Shown piece after piece: positions 1 through 13,260 of a stretch of DNA of 64,000 nt. A program made the position numbers and the translations under genes. A model generated the notes under the pieces. That model did no database searches. It was not told the DNA's origin and was given only the letters and a program-made list of their open reading frames with translations. Numbering within the stretch: position 1 is the stretch's first letter; each line of letters opens with the position of its first letter. This DNA comes from Candidatus Eiseniibacteriota bacterium (lineage in GTDB: Bacteria > Eisenbacteria > RBG-16-71-46 > CAIMUX01 > VGJL01): positions 352,001-416,000 of the forward strand of contig CAWBWI010000006.1 of NCBI GenBank assembly GCA_963792585.1, given 5' to 3'.

Positions 1-393
1 CGCCGGCTTCGGGGGCGACGGGGAAATCGCCTGCGGCGGCGCCGCCTCCTCCACGGGCTCCGCGTTGTCCGGGGGCAGCGGCTGCACCGCCGGCCCGATC
101 GATGTCGCGGACGGCATCTCCGGCTCCGTCGACGCCAACCCATCCGCGCCCGGCGCCGGCGGGCGCACCTGCGAGACGGTCGGCGACGCAATCGGTTGTG
201 CGACCGCGGTGCTCGTATCCTCGATGGGCCCGGCCGTCGCGGTGCCTCGATGCATCTGCTCCATTATCTTCGCGAGGTCGCCCATCAGTCTCGCCTGCGC
301 GCGCGACAGAACGCTCAGATCGCGCAACAGGACCCAGAGGATCTCGTTCGCGTCCCACCCTCCCGGTGGACCCGGCGCGCGTTGCTCGCTCAT
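1..393 (-). CDS. Hypothetical Pro/Ala-rich protein, partial (runs off window start)
   Basis: ATG at 393 overlaps the stop of the upstream gene (ATGA) with a GGGGGAG SD; the frame MSEQRAPGPPGGWDANEILWVLLRDL... stays open to base 1. Confidence 0.55.
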   Translation of the reverse strand, partial: MSEQRAPGPPGGWDANEILWVLLRDLSVLSRAQARLMGDLAKIMEQMHRGTATAGPIEDTSTAVAQPIASPTVSQVRPPAPGADGLASTEPEMPSATSIGPAVQPLPPDNAEPVEEAAPPQAISPSPPKPA

Positions 394-1424
394 TGTGTCT
401 CCCCCCTCGACGGCATGGAGGAGCGATCCGCCCCTCCGGCCTCTGAGTCACCCCTGAGCCATTGTGCGACGACGCGGCGGAGTCTCGCTACCTCCGACCT
501 CACATCGTCGAAACCATCGACGGCCCCCTCCCGCGATCGGGTCTTTTCCCGCAGATCCGCGAGCGCCGCCGAGAAATCCTTGAAACAGGCGCCGAGGTCG
601 CCCGCCATCTGGGGCGATCGCCGCCGAGCCAGCTCAACCTCCAAGGACCAAACCGTGCCCGCCCGCTCGAGCCGATCGAGTTGCGCTCGGATCCCCGGCG
701 GGCCCGAAACTCCTCCCGCGGCCATGCGGTCATCGATCGCCGCCAGGCCCGCCTCCAACGTCTCCATCCCCTCGCGCATCTCCGAGCAGAATCGATCGAA
801 CTCCCGCGTGAGACCGATGGGGTGTTGGTTGCCGTTCTTGCCGATCGCCGCCGGCAGTCGACCCTTCGCCGCGCACCGCCGGAGCTCCGCCCGGATCTCG
901 GCCGCCTCTCTCTGAAAGCCCTCCAGATCCACCAGCGCCTGGGCCCCCGCGCGATTCTGCTGGGCGATCATGTGGATCCGCAGGAAGAGCCTGCGCAGGT
1001 CCGGATCGCTCGTCTGCAAGTCGTAGCCCGCCGGCCCTTCCGGAATCTCCGAGCCGCTCGCGATCCGCTGCAGGGCCCGGAGCGGCCGCAGCGCGCCGTC
1101 CACGAGGGAGAGGCCGCAACCGAGGGAGACGAGCAGGAAAAGGACCACCAATCCCGCCCCGCCGAAACGAAGGAGTGGGGGAACTTCCGCGATGCGGACC
1201 GACTCGCGAAGGACGAATTCGACCAAGAGCATGTAGGTGGCGCCCAGGAAAAGCGTCGGGAGCAGGCACAGGAGGAGGGTCCGGTTTCGGATCGTACTCC
1301 CGTGGACCGACGAGCGGGGCGAGGCGTGAAGATCTTCCACCAAGCCTCTCCAGGCGGCAACGGCACCCTGCACGGAGTGGGGTGGTTGCGGTTGCAGGAT
1401 GCATGGACTCCCGAGCCTGAGCAT
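390..1424 (-). CDS. Hypothetical membrane protein (two TM helices, HAMP-like segment, helical cytoplasmic region)
   Basis: Two hydrophobic segments followed by LRPLRALQRIAS and a helical C-terminus; true start uncertain. Confidence 0.55.
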   Translation of the reverse strand: MLRLGSPCILQPQPPHSVQGAVAAWRGLVEDLHASPRSSVHGSTIRNRTLLLCLLPTLFLGATYMLLVEFVLRESVRIAEVPPLLRFGGAGLVVLFLLVSLGCGLSLVDGALRPLRALQRIASGSEIPEGPAGYDLQTSDPDLRRLFLRIHMIAQQNRAGAQALVDLEGFQREAAEIRAELRRCAAKGRLPAAIGKNGNQHPIGLTREFDRFCSEMREGMETLEAGLAAIDDRMAAGGVSGPPGIRAQLDRLERAGTVWSLEVELARRRSPQMAGDLGACFKDFSAALADLREKTRSREGAVDGFDDVRSEVARLRRVVAQWLRGDSEAGGADRSSMPSRGETQ

Positions 1425-1661
1425 TGCGCAACCGTCCGAAGTCGATGGGTTTCCTCACCCGCCGAACCGACGGTCCGTTCTTTCCGGGGACCTGGGCAAC
1501 GGTTCAATTCGTGTCGGACCGGATGAGACCGCACGTCCCTTATCGCAAGTTCCGTCACATGTTCGACTATCCGAAGAATCGCGCCGGATCTGATCCGCTC
1601 CTGCCCGGTCCTCGTCCCCCTCCGTCGTCCAGGCGATTTCCGAACGACCCGACCGGCAGGA

Positions 1662-1677
1662 TGGCACGCGCCTTGCA
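1662..1677 (+). promoter_or_regulatory. Sigma54 (-24/-12) promoter
   Basis: TGGCACG-CGCC-TTGCA matches the RpoN consensus exactly, about 100 nt upstream of the ATG at 1774. Confidence 0.75.
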
Positions 1678-1773
1678 GCCTTGGTGTCCCGGAGAACGGA
1701 CGATACCACGGCGGCCGCGAAGACTGTCAAGACCGTTCCTCCGTTCGTGTTGGTTTACGGAACGAGGGGTGTC

Positions 1774-2565
1774 ATGGACGCACGCACTTCATACATCGAG
1801 CTGCCCTCCGGCTGTCGGGATCCCAGGCCGACCTATCACTTCATGATGAAGTGCCTCCTCTACTCGCGCATGGAAACCGGTCTGGTTTCGAACCAGGATT
1901 TCTATGACGAGGACGTGAACGTCTACATCGCCCACCTGCTGAACGCGATGATCCAGCCCGATCACTTCGAGCAGGCGCGGCGATACCTCTCTCCCTACGA
2001 CACCGAGGTCTTCCGCCGCCTCGCGAACAGCAAGGACGCCCGGTTGAAGTACACGCTCTACAAGACGAACGCGGACTTCCTCCTCATCTCGCTCGGCATC
2101 TTCGACAATCCGGACGCGGCATTGCCGGAAGGAACGCCCACGCATTCCTTGGCTCGCGATGCCATGAGGCCGACGGAGGAAGCAACGATCGGACGCGGTC
2201 GCACCTACTATCGCTTCGCATACACCTACAGCCAGATCGTCCATGGACGGAATGCCGGCATATCCGAGGTCTTGGAGAAGCTCTCAACCAACTTCGATAA
2301 GTACCTGCGAATCCTCACCCACATGCGCGGCGAGTATCTCGATCTGCTCAAGCGCCTATCGACCGGAGAGATCTACCATCTGGAGCGGGTCGCAAACGAG
2401 GAACAGCGCACGGAGTGTCTCAAGGACAAGCAGGACCAGTTCCTGGATCTCTATCTCGAGTGGAAGAGGACGGGGGCGGAGGACGTGCGTGACCGGATCT
2501 CGCGGCTCGTAAGGGAGATTCGAGACCTCGATCCGACGTTCCACTTCGAGATGCCTCATATCTAG
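1774..2565 (+). CDS. Hypothetical all-helical cytoplasmic protein
   Basis: Clean ORF with GAGGGG SD before ATG 1774 (ORF track starts at 1681); no recognisable catalytic motif. Confidence 0.75.
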   Translation: MDARTSYIELPSGCRDPRPTYHFMMKCLLYSRMETGLVSNQDFYDEDVNVYIAHLLNAMIQPDHFEQARRYLSPYDTEVFRRLANSKDARLKYTLYKTNADFLLISLGIFDNPDAALPEGTPTHSLARDAMRPTEEATIGRGRTYYRFAYTYSQIVHGRNAGISEVLEKLSTNFDKYLRILTHMRGEYLDLLKRLSTGEIYHLERVANEEQRTECLKDKQDQFLDLYLEWKRTGAEDVRDRISRLVREIRDLDPTFHFEMPHI

Positions 2566-2574
2566 CGCTTCAGC

Positions 2575-2627
2575 CCGACCCCCCTTCCCAGTCCCCCCTC
2601 CGGCCAAACCCCCGGAAGGGGGGTCGG
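2575..2627. terminator. Inverted repeat between convergent genes, probable terminator
   Basis: CCGACCCCCCTTCC ... GGAAGGGGGGTCGG. Confidence 0.5.
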
Positions 2628-2667
2628 CGTTTGGGGCGGAAAGTCGGGCAGGCGGCGCGAGCGGGGA

Positions 2668-4944
<2,277 letters not shown>

Positions 4945-5002
4945 CTATGTCCGCCCAAGACTGATAGGGATTCGAGGCTGACGATAGGTTCTCCAGATCC
5001 GG

Positions 5003-5026
5003 GCTGTCAAGACGACCCTTGACAGC
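5003..5026. promoter_or_regulatory. Back-to-back TTGACA -35 boxes of divergent promoters
   Basis: GCTGTCAAG-acgacc-CTTGACAGC lies between the divergent OMP-guaB and tRNA-tilS units. Confidence 0.5.
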
Positions 5027-5075
5027 GACCGGGTGGACCGCCATAGACTCAGCGCTCGGTCAGTCGAATTGCGAC

Positions 5076-5148
5076 GGCGGTGTAGCTCAGTTGGTAGAGC
5101 AAGTGAATCATAATCACTGGGTCCGGGGTTCGAGTCCCTGCGCCGCCA
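5076..5148 (+). tRNA. tRNA with CAU anticodon (probably elongator Met; Ile2 not excluded); CCA not encoded
   Basis: Cloverleaf: acceptor GGCGGTG/CGCCGCC, D arm GCTC/GAGC, anticodon stem AGTGA/TCACT with loop ATCATAA, T loop TTCGAGT. Confidence 0.95.
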
Positions 5149-5170
5149 ATCCTCCCGACCGAAACACCCC

Positions 5171-6709
5171 ATGAAACTTGCCACAGCCATCGAATCTGCA
5201 TTCTTGGCGGCCCTACGCCCGCATCTCGCATCGAACGATTGTTCGGGTGCCGGCGGGGCCGGTTTCCTGGTGGCCATCTCGGGCGGTCTCGACTCCTCCG
5301 CGCTTTTACGCGTCGCAATGACCACTGCGCCGGAGCATGGCCGGAGGATCGTCGCGGGTCACGTGAACCACGGCGTCCGTGTCGATGCCGATGCGGAGGA
5401 AGCCCGCCTGCGCATCCTCTGCCGCGACCTGGGCGTCCCATTTCGTTGCGTGCGACTCCGGTTGCGCATGAGACGCACGCACGGGATCGCGCATGCGCGA
5501 CCCGCGCCGTCAGAAGACGCGATGCGCCGCGCGCGGGGCGCCGCCCTCCGGCGGATGGCCGCCGCAGCCGAATGCGGGTGGATCCTTCTGGGGCACCAGA
5601 TGGACGATCAGGCGGAGACGCTCCTGCTCAATCTGCTCCGCGGGGCGGGCCTGCGGGGGTTGGCAGGCATGCCGCACCGTCGCGGAAACGTCCTGCGGCC
5701 GCTGCTCGGCATCTCCAGGGCATCGCTCCGTTCCTACATGGAGGCCATCGACGCCCCATGGGTGGAGGATCCGACCAACCTGGATCTCGGGATCGCTCGA
5801 AACCGGATGCGGCACAGGATCCTGCCGCTCCTCGAGGCGGAGTTGCAGCCGCGCGCGACGGCGGCGATCGCGCGGGCGGCCGGCCACCTGCAGCTCGCCC
5901 TCGGGGCTCTCGAAGCGCAAGCGGACGCTTGCCTCGCCTCCTGCGCGCTCCCATCGGATGAAGATGACATCCGGCTCGATCCGATCCGCCTCCGTTCCCA
6001 CCATCGAGGATTGATCGAATTCACATTGAGACAAGCCGTTGCGCGGATCCGGGGGTCCATGAACGATATCCCGGCCTCGCTGTGGACGTCGATCGTCGAC
6101 CTCTGTCTGGAGGGCCGGCCCGGCCGATTCCACCTCCCCGGTGGCGCAACCGTCGAGGCGACCGACCGCTTGATCCGCGTGGGGAAGGGCATCGGCAGCG
6201 AGAGAGGCTCGCCGGGCCCCGCAGCGCGGGACGGAAACCCGGCGGAGGGATTCTCGGCATGGCGGGCTACGGCGCCTGCGGGATCCTCATCGATTCCTTC
6301 TTCGGGAACGCTATCCTGGGGGCTGGGTCGGATTCGCTTCCGCACGGTCGAACCGGGCCGCGCGGCGCGGCTGCGTGTCCGGGGCCTGGAGCGGGTCCAG
6401 GTATTCGATGCTTCCGAGGTCCGATTCCCGGTCGCGCTTCGTTCCCCCAAGGGCGGGGACCGTATGGCGATGGAAGACGGGCAAGGTTCTCGAAGGCTTT
6501 CCGATCTATTATCGGAGCGAGGGGTGCCCCGCTCCCTTCGGGCGGATCAGCCGGTGCTCGAAGACGCAGCGGGTATCCTCTGGGCGCCGGGCATCCGCCG
6601 GGCGGCACGAGCAATGGTCGGCGAAGGTACGCGGAGGTTCTGGATCGTGCGGTGGTTTGGGCGGTTGCCGTCGGAGCGTGGGCTCAAGGGAGGAACGTCG
6701 AGGGAATGA
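5171..6709 (+). CDS. tilS: tRNA(Ile)-lysidine synthetase
   Basis: SGGLDS PP-loop, HVNHG, GHQMDDQAET, DPTN...RNRMR and a TilS C-terminal domain. Confidence 0.92.
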   Translation: MKLATAIESAFLAALRPHLASNDCSGAGGAGFLVAISGGLDSSALLRVAMTTAPEHGRRIVAGHVNHGVRVDADAEEARLRILCRDLGVPFRCVRLRLRMRRTHGIAHARPAPSEDAMRRARGAALRRMAAAAECGWILLGHQMDDQAETLLLNLLRGAGLRGLAGMPHRRGNVLRPLLGISRASLRSYMEAIDAPWVEDPTNLDLGIARNRMRHRILPLLEAELQPRATAAIARAAGHLQLALGALEAQADACLASCALPSDEDDIRLDPIRLRSHHRGLIEFTLRQAVARIRGSMNDIPASLWTSIVDLCLEGRPGRFHLPGGATVEATDRLIRVGKGIGSERGSPGPAARDGNPAEGFSAWRATAPAGSSSIPSSGTLSWGLGRIRFRTVEPGRAARLRVRGLERVQVFDASEVRFPVALRSPKGGDRMAMEDGQGSRRLSDLLSERGVPRSLRADQPVLEDAAGILWAPGIRRAARAMVGEGTRRFWIVRWFGRLPSERGLKGGTSRE

Positions 6710-7287
6710 TCGGGCCGTCGGGAGCGACTCGAATCGTGGGCGGACGCGAATTCCTCGTCGTGCGCTCGCAGGAGGAGATCGCCGCGGACGTCGAGAGGAT
6801 CAGCGGAGAGATTCGCCGGCTCGCGCACGGGCGCGTGCCGGTCTTCATCGCGATGCTCAAAGGCAGCTTCGTCTTTCTTGCGGATCTGATTCGTGCGTAC
6901 GGCGAGCCGCACGAGATCGACTTTCTCTCGGTCACGCGCTATGACCCGGCGCGCAAGGATCCCGGCTCGGTGCGCGTGCTTCACGATCTGTCGTCCAACA
7001 TCTCGGGACGGCTGGTCGTCGTGGTGGAGGCGATCCGCACCCGCGGGCTCAAGATCGAGTACGTCGACCGATTCTTGCGCCTGAGCGGACCGGATGAAAT
7101 CATCTACGCTGCGTGCACGCGCCAGAGTGGAGCCGAGCAAGGATCGATCCCCCTGCACTCCTGGGGATTCGAGATCGATGATGACGACTACGTAATCGGA
7201 TATGGACTCGACCTCGATGAGCGCTTCCGGAATCTTCCGTTCATTGGAGTCATCGAGGACGAGCACGAAACCGGCCGCGCCGGTTAG
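6706..7287 (+). CDS. hpt: Hypoxanthine phosphoribosyltransferase-like protein with degenerate PRPP-binding loop
   Basis: MLKGSFVFLADL and YVIGYGLDLDERFRNLP; tilS-hpt-ftsH synteny; ATGA overlap with tilS. Confidence 0.8.
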   Translation: MIGPSGATRIVGGREFLVVRSQEEIAADVERISGEIRRLAHGRVPVFIAMLKGSFVFLADLIRAYGEPHEIDFLSVTRYDPARKDPGSVRVLHDLSSNISGRLVVVVEAIRTRGLKIEYVDRFLRLSGPDEIIYAACTRQSGAEQGSIPLHSWGFEIDDDDYVIGYGLDLDERFRNLPFIGVIEDEHETGRAG

Positions 7288-7302
7288 ATGAGAGAGGATC
7301 CC

Positions 7303-9375
<2,073 letters not shown>

Positions 9376-9379
<4 letters not shown>

Positions 9380-10269
9380 CGGCCGGAGCGGGGTCTGTGT
9401 CGGGTATTTGGCCGGCCCGGGAGACGACGGTCTTCCGGGCCGGCCCCCATACGTGGGAACTGGGCCGCCGCACGCTGGTCATCGGGATCCTGAACTGCAC
9501 GCCCGACTCCTTCTCCGATGGCGGGCAGTGCGTGGTCAAGGAGACGATCACGCGCCGCCTCATGCAGATCGTGGAGGAAGGGGCCGACATCGTCGATATC
9601 GGTGGGGAATCGACCCGCCCCGGAGCGATGGACGTCGATGTCCAGGAGGAGTGGCTCCGGATCCTCCCCGCGCTGCGCGCCGCGCAGAGGGAACGGATCG
9701 CCGTCCCGTTAAGCGTGGATACGATGAAGCCCGAGCTGGCCCGGCGCGCACTGGCCGAGGGCGCGGTTATCCTGAACGATGTCAGCGGGCTTAGGGCCGG
9801 TCCGGATATGGCGGAACTGGCGGCCGGATCCGGCGCGGCGATGGTGCTCATGCACATGAAAGGCAATCCACGGACCATGCAGGTCCAGCCCCAGTATGAC
9901 GATCTGCTGGGTGAGGTGCGGCAGTTCCTGGAGGCGGCGGTTGCGGTGGCGCGCGACGCCGGTCTGCCCGCCGATCGTGTCATCGTCGATCCTGGAATCG
10001 GCTTCGGCAAGACGATCGACGACAACCTGGCGTTGCTGCGGAACGTGTCGCGATTTCACGGATTGGGCGCAGGGGTCTTGATCGGAACGTCGAGGAAGGC
10101 CTTTCTGGGCAAGCTGCTGGGGGATCTCCCGGTGGACGAGCGACTCGAGGGATCGCTGGCATCGTTCGTCGCCGCAGTGCTCGCGGGGACGCATGCGGTG
10201 CGCGTGCACGACGTCCAGGCGGCGGTGCGCGCGGTGAAGATCGCCGACGCCGTGCGCGGGGGTGGCTAG
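9376..10269 (+). CDS. folP: Dihydropteroate synthase
   Basis: ILNCTPDSFSDGG, DIGGESTRPG, DPGIGFGK, SRK, RVHDV. Confidence 0.95.
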
Positions 10270-10325
10270 AAACCGGGGAGATCGTCTACGATCCTGCCGG
10301 AAGCAACCCCGGGAGGTCCCGGCCC

Positions 10326-11162
10326 GTGATGTTCAGCCTCCGCATCCTTCTGGACTTCGCCGACATCATTGTCGTCGCGATCCTCTTCTACCGTGTCCTG
10401 ACTCTGGTGAGGGGGACGCGGGCGGCGCAGATGTTCGTGGGACTCGCCGTGCTCGCCGTCCTCGGCGTCGTGTCGGAATGGCTGCAGCTCTCCTCACTCG
10501 ACTGGCTCCTCCGAAGCCTCAAGACCGTTTGGGTTGTCGGGTTCCTGGTCCTCTTCCAGCCGGAACTTCGCAAGGGATTGGCCCAGTTCGGCGGCAATCC
10601 GCTCTTCAAGCCGTTCCTGCCCGCGGCCGAGTCGGCGAGCCTGGGTGAGATCCAGAAGGCCTTGGAGTCGATGTCCCGCAAGGGGCTCGGGGCGATCGTC
10701 GTCATCGAACGCAAGGTCGCCCTGCGATCGTTCGTCGAGACCGGCACGCCGCTCGAAGCGGTCGTCTCCGCGGAACTCCTCGAGACGATCTTCACTCCCC
10801 CCTCCCCGCTCCACGACGGCGCGGTTGTGGTGCGCGGGAACCAGATCGTCGCCGCGGGCTGCATCCTGCCCCTGAGCCAGAACACACGTCTCGAGAGGAC
10901 GCTGGGCACGCGCCACCGTGCGATCGTGGGGATCTCGGAGGAGACCGATGCGATCGCGATCGCCGTCTCCGAGGAAACGCGGCGGATTTCGGTCGCCGAG
11001 CGCGGCGCCCTGCGTCGCCTGACCAGCCCTGCCGAGCTGCGGAGCGTGCTCGGTGGGCTGCTCAAGATCGACGAGTCGAACGCGACGGACCAGGAGCAGG
11101 TTTCCGTGCAACCACCGGACGCTCGCGAGAAACCCGCGAACTCGGTGAAGTCGGCCGGCTAG
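10326..11162 (+). CDS. cdaA: Diadenylate cyclase CdaA/DacA
   Basis: Three N-terminal TMs, FQPELR, HDGA and GTRHRA motifs. Confidence 0.93.
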   Translation: MMFSLRILLDFADIIVVAILFYRVLTLVRGTRAAQMFVGLAVLAVLGVVSEWLQLSSLDWLLRSLKTVWVVGFLVLFQPELRKGLAQFGGNPLFKPFLPAAESASLGEIQKALESMSRKGLGAIVVIERKVALRSFVETGTPLEAVVSAELLETIFTPPSPLHDGAVVVRGNQIVAAGCILPLSQNTRLERTLGTRHRAIVGISEETDAIAIAVSEETRRISVAERGALRRLTSPAELRSVLGGLLKIDESNATDQEQVSVQPPDAREKPANSVKSAG

Positions 11163-11185
11163 CCCCGCGGGGCGATCCGGAGTTC

Positions 11186-12115
11186 CTAGAACTCCTCGAC
11201 CCTCGAGACCAAGATTCCCTTGAAGATGTCCACGTGATCCAGGTAGGTCCGCAGGGGGACCTTCTCGATCTTTCCGCCGTCGTAATAGCCGGAAAGCGCA
11301 TGCAGGGCGGCATGGATGAGGTAGACCTCCGTCCCCTCGCGCGTGACGACGCCCAGGTGCTGGATGAGGGTTCCCGTCGCCCTGGCCTCGGCGCCCTTCG
11401 GTTTCGTCTCATCGAGGACGAAGAAGACCAGATCCCCCGGCTGGAATGCGGTGTAGTTGATTTGCGCCTTCGGGACGAAGGAGATCGTGCCGGCGGGGAA
11501 TCGCTCGTTGCCCGGATCGGGGCGGACCGGACCGATCTTCGAGGTGACGTCCTGTCCCCAGATCCCGCTGCGGAAGATGTCTTCCGAGTAGTCGTGATGG
11601 GAGGTGTGGTCGTAGCGGACGCGCCCGTCCGGGAGGATCGCTTCCTCGACCCCCGCCCCGTAGAAGCGGGTCCCGAACGCGAACTGGACCGCCTCGCGCG
11701 CGCTCGATGAGCGACCCAGCTCCGTCGTCCGGTAGAGGAAGAGAACGCAGTCGGTGCGGAAGTCGTCGCAGAGCCGCCCTTCGCTCACGTATCCGCCGGA
11801 ATCGAGTCCAAACAGATAACGCGCCCGGCCTTCCCGGTAGAAGAAGTCGGCCCAGAAGGCGATCCGATCGCCGACGGGCTTCGGCGCGATCGTCGCCATC
11901 AACGAATCGATTTCCGTGCTCGGCAATACGTTCGGATTATCCAGGTTGGCGCGGACCATGGTGTCGAATCGGGCGAGAATCGGCTCGCTGGCGTCATCCT
12001 GTCCGCGTGCGATTCGGATCATCCCGCACATCCCGACGATGAGTATGAGTAGAAAGACCAGGCGTTGCGCCCGTTGGAGACGTCCATGTCCGACCTTCAT
12101 TCGTTGGAACCCCAC
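11186..12115 (-). CDS. Exported DUF1460 / NlpC-P60-superfamily amidase-like protein
   Basis: Signal/TM segment, DCVLF putative catalytic Cys, HLGVV and IHAA His motifs. Confidence 0.7.
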   Translation of the reverse strand: MGFQRMKVGHGRLQRAQRLVFLLILIVGMCGMIRIARGQDDASEPILARFDTMVRANLDNPNVLPSTEIDSLMATIAPKPVGDRIAFWADFFYREGRARYLFGLDSGGYVSEGRLCDDFRTDCVLFLYRTTELGRSSSAREAVQFAFGTRFYGAGVEEAILPDGRVRYDHTSHHDYSEDIFRSGIWGQDVTSKIGPVRPDPGNERFPAGTISFVPKAQINYTAFQPGDLVFFVLDETKPKGAEARATGTLIQHLGVVTREGTEVYLIHAALHALSGYYDGGKIEKVPLRTYLDHVDIFKGILVSRVEEF

Positions 12116-12174
12116 AGTACCTCCATCAGGCCTATCTTACGGGAATGAAGGCCGCGCGGGTCAAGCGACCGCGC

Positions 12175-12316
12175 CGGGGTTCGGGAAGGGAGCGGTCGGT
12201 CGAGCCGCCTGTACCGGACGGTTGCGCTTTCGCGCGACCGCCGGGCCCCCCGGTGACTGGTCATGCCTCCCAGAGACCCGCCACCTCAGACGTCCCGACC
12301 GACCTGCAACCCCCGC
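12175..12316 (-). ncRNA. Candidate structured small RNA
   Basis: Closing helix GGUCGGUCGGG/CUCGACCGACC plus two hairpins (one GAAA-capped); begins at the predicted sigma54 start site. Confidence 0.4.
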
Positions 12317-12326
12317 GCGGAAGACA

Positions 12327-12343
12327 TGCAGGTTCTTTGCCAA
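12327..12343 (-). promoter_or_regulatory. Sigma54-type promoter
   Basis: TTGGCAAAGAACCTGCA on the minus strand (GG-N10-GC). Confidence 0.55.
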
Positions 12344-12481
12344 CTCGAGGCGAAAGCGTGAATCGTCCAACACAAATGTTTACATTGGGTTACGGTGGAT
12401 TCGCGGAAGGCCGAATTCGATCGAAGTTCGCGGCGCGACAGTCTCCTCGTGAATAGGCGACGTCGCCATGTGCGCGCGGGC

Positions 12482-13260
12482 TCATCCGGCATCCAGCTCC
12501 AGCAACTCCGACATCCTCTGCGCGTTGCGGGCGGCGCGACCCGCGTGGCAGTTGTTGAAGAACAGGTAGGTGTCGGTCGTCCGCATACCGAGATCCCGGA
12601 TGGCCTCGATCCAGCTCACCAGCTCGTGGTCCGCGTAGTCGTAGTCGTACCGATCTCCCCCACCTCGCCCCCACCAGTTCTGCGCGTTTCGCCCGTGGAA
12701 TCGGACATACCCAACGCCGTTCGTCTCCCGAACGATCGGAGGAAAGAGCCCTTTCAGGCGTGGTTCGTCGACCGAGCAGAATCCCAGACCGGCATCGCGC
12801 AGGTCCCGGAAGGTCTCCTCGCGCGCCCAGGAATCGTGGCGGAACTCGACAAAGACGCAGCGTCCCTCCATGCGATCCCCGATGAAGCGGAGATGGTCGA
12901 CGTTGCGGGGCGTTCTTCGAAACGCCCACGGGAACTGCGCGAGGGCGCCGAAGAACTTCCCTGCTTCCTCGAGCGGACGGAGGACATCCAGGAACGCCAG
13001 ATAGTGCGCCGGATCCTGCGAACCCTTGTGGGTCACATCCTGGTGCATCTTGACCAGGAAGCGAAATCCCTCGGGCGTCTTTTGCTCCATTTGAGAGAGG
13101 ACTGCCGGATGCGGCAGGCGGTAGTAGGTCGAGTTGACCTCGACGGTCTTGAAGAACCGCGTGTAGTAGTTCAGCCGGTCGCCGGCTTCGGAAGGTCCGG
13201 AGGATAGAACGTCCCGTCCCAATCATCGAAGGAGTAACCCGACGTCCCGATCCAGATCAT
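12482..13260 (-). CDS. DUF72 (YecE-like) protein (frameshift near 13190)
   Basis: MIWIGTSGYSFDDW start overlapping the dinB stop; VEVNSTYY, EFRHDSW, YVRFHGRN, FFNN. Confidence 0.88.

Noticed and set aside
12200..12295. Hammerhead ribozyme in the structured minus-strand RNA
   Set aside because: The CUGANGA core is incomplete and the GAAA is a hairpin tetraloop rather than a junction strand
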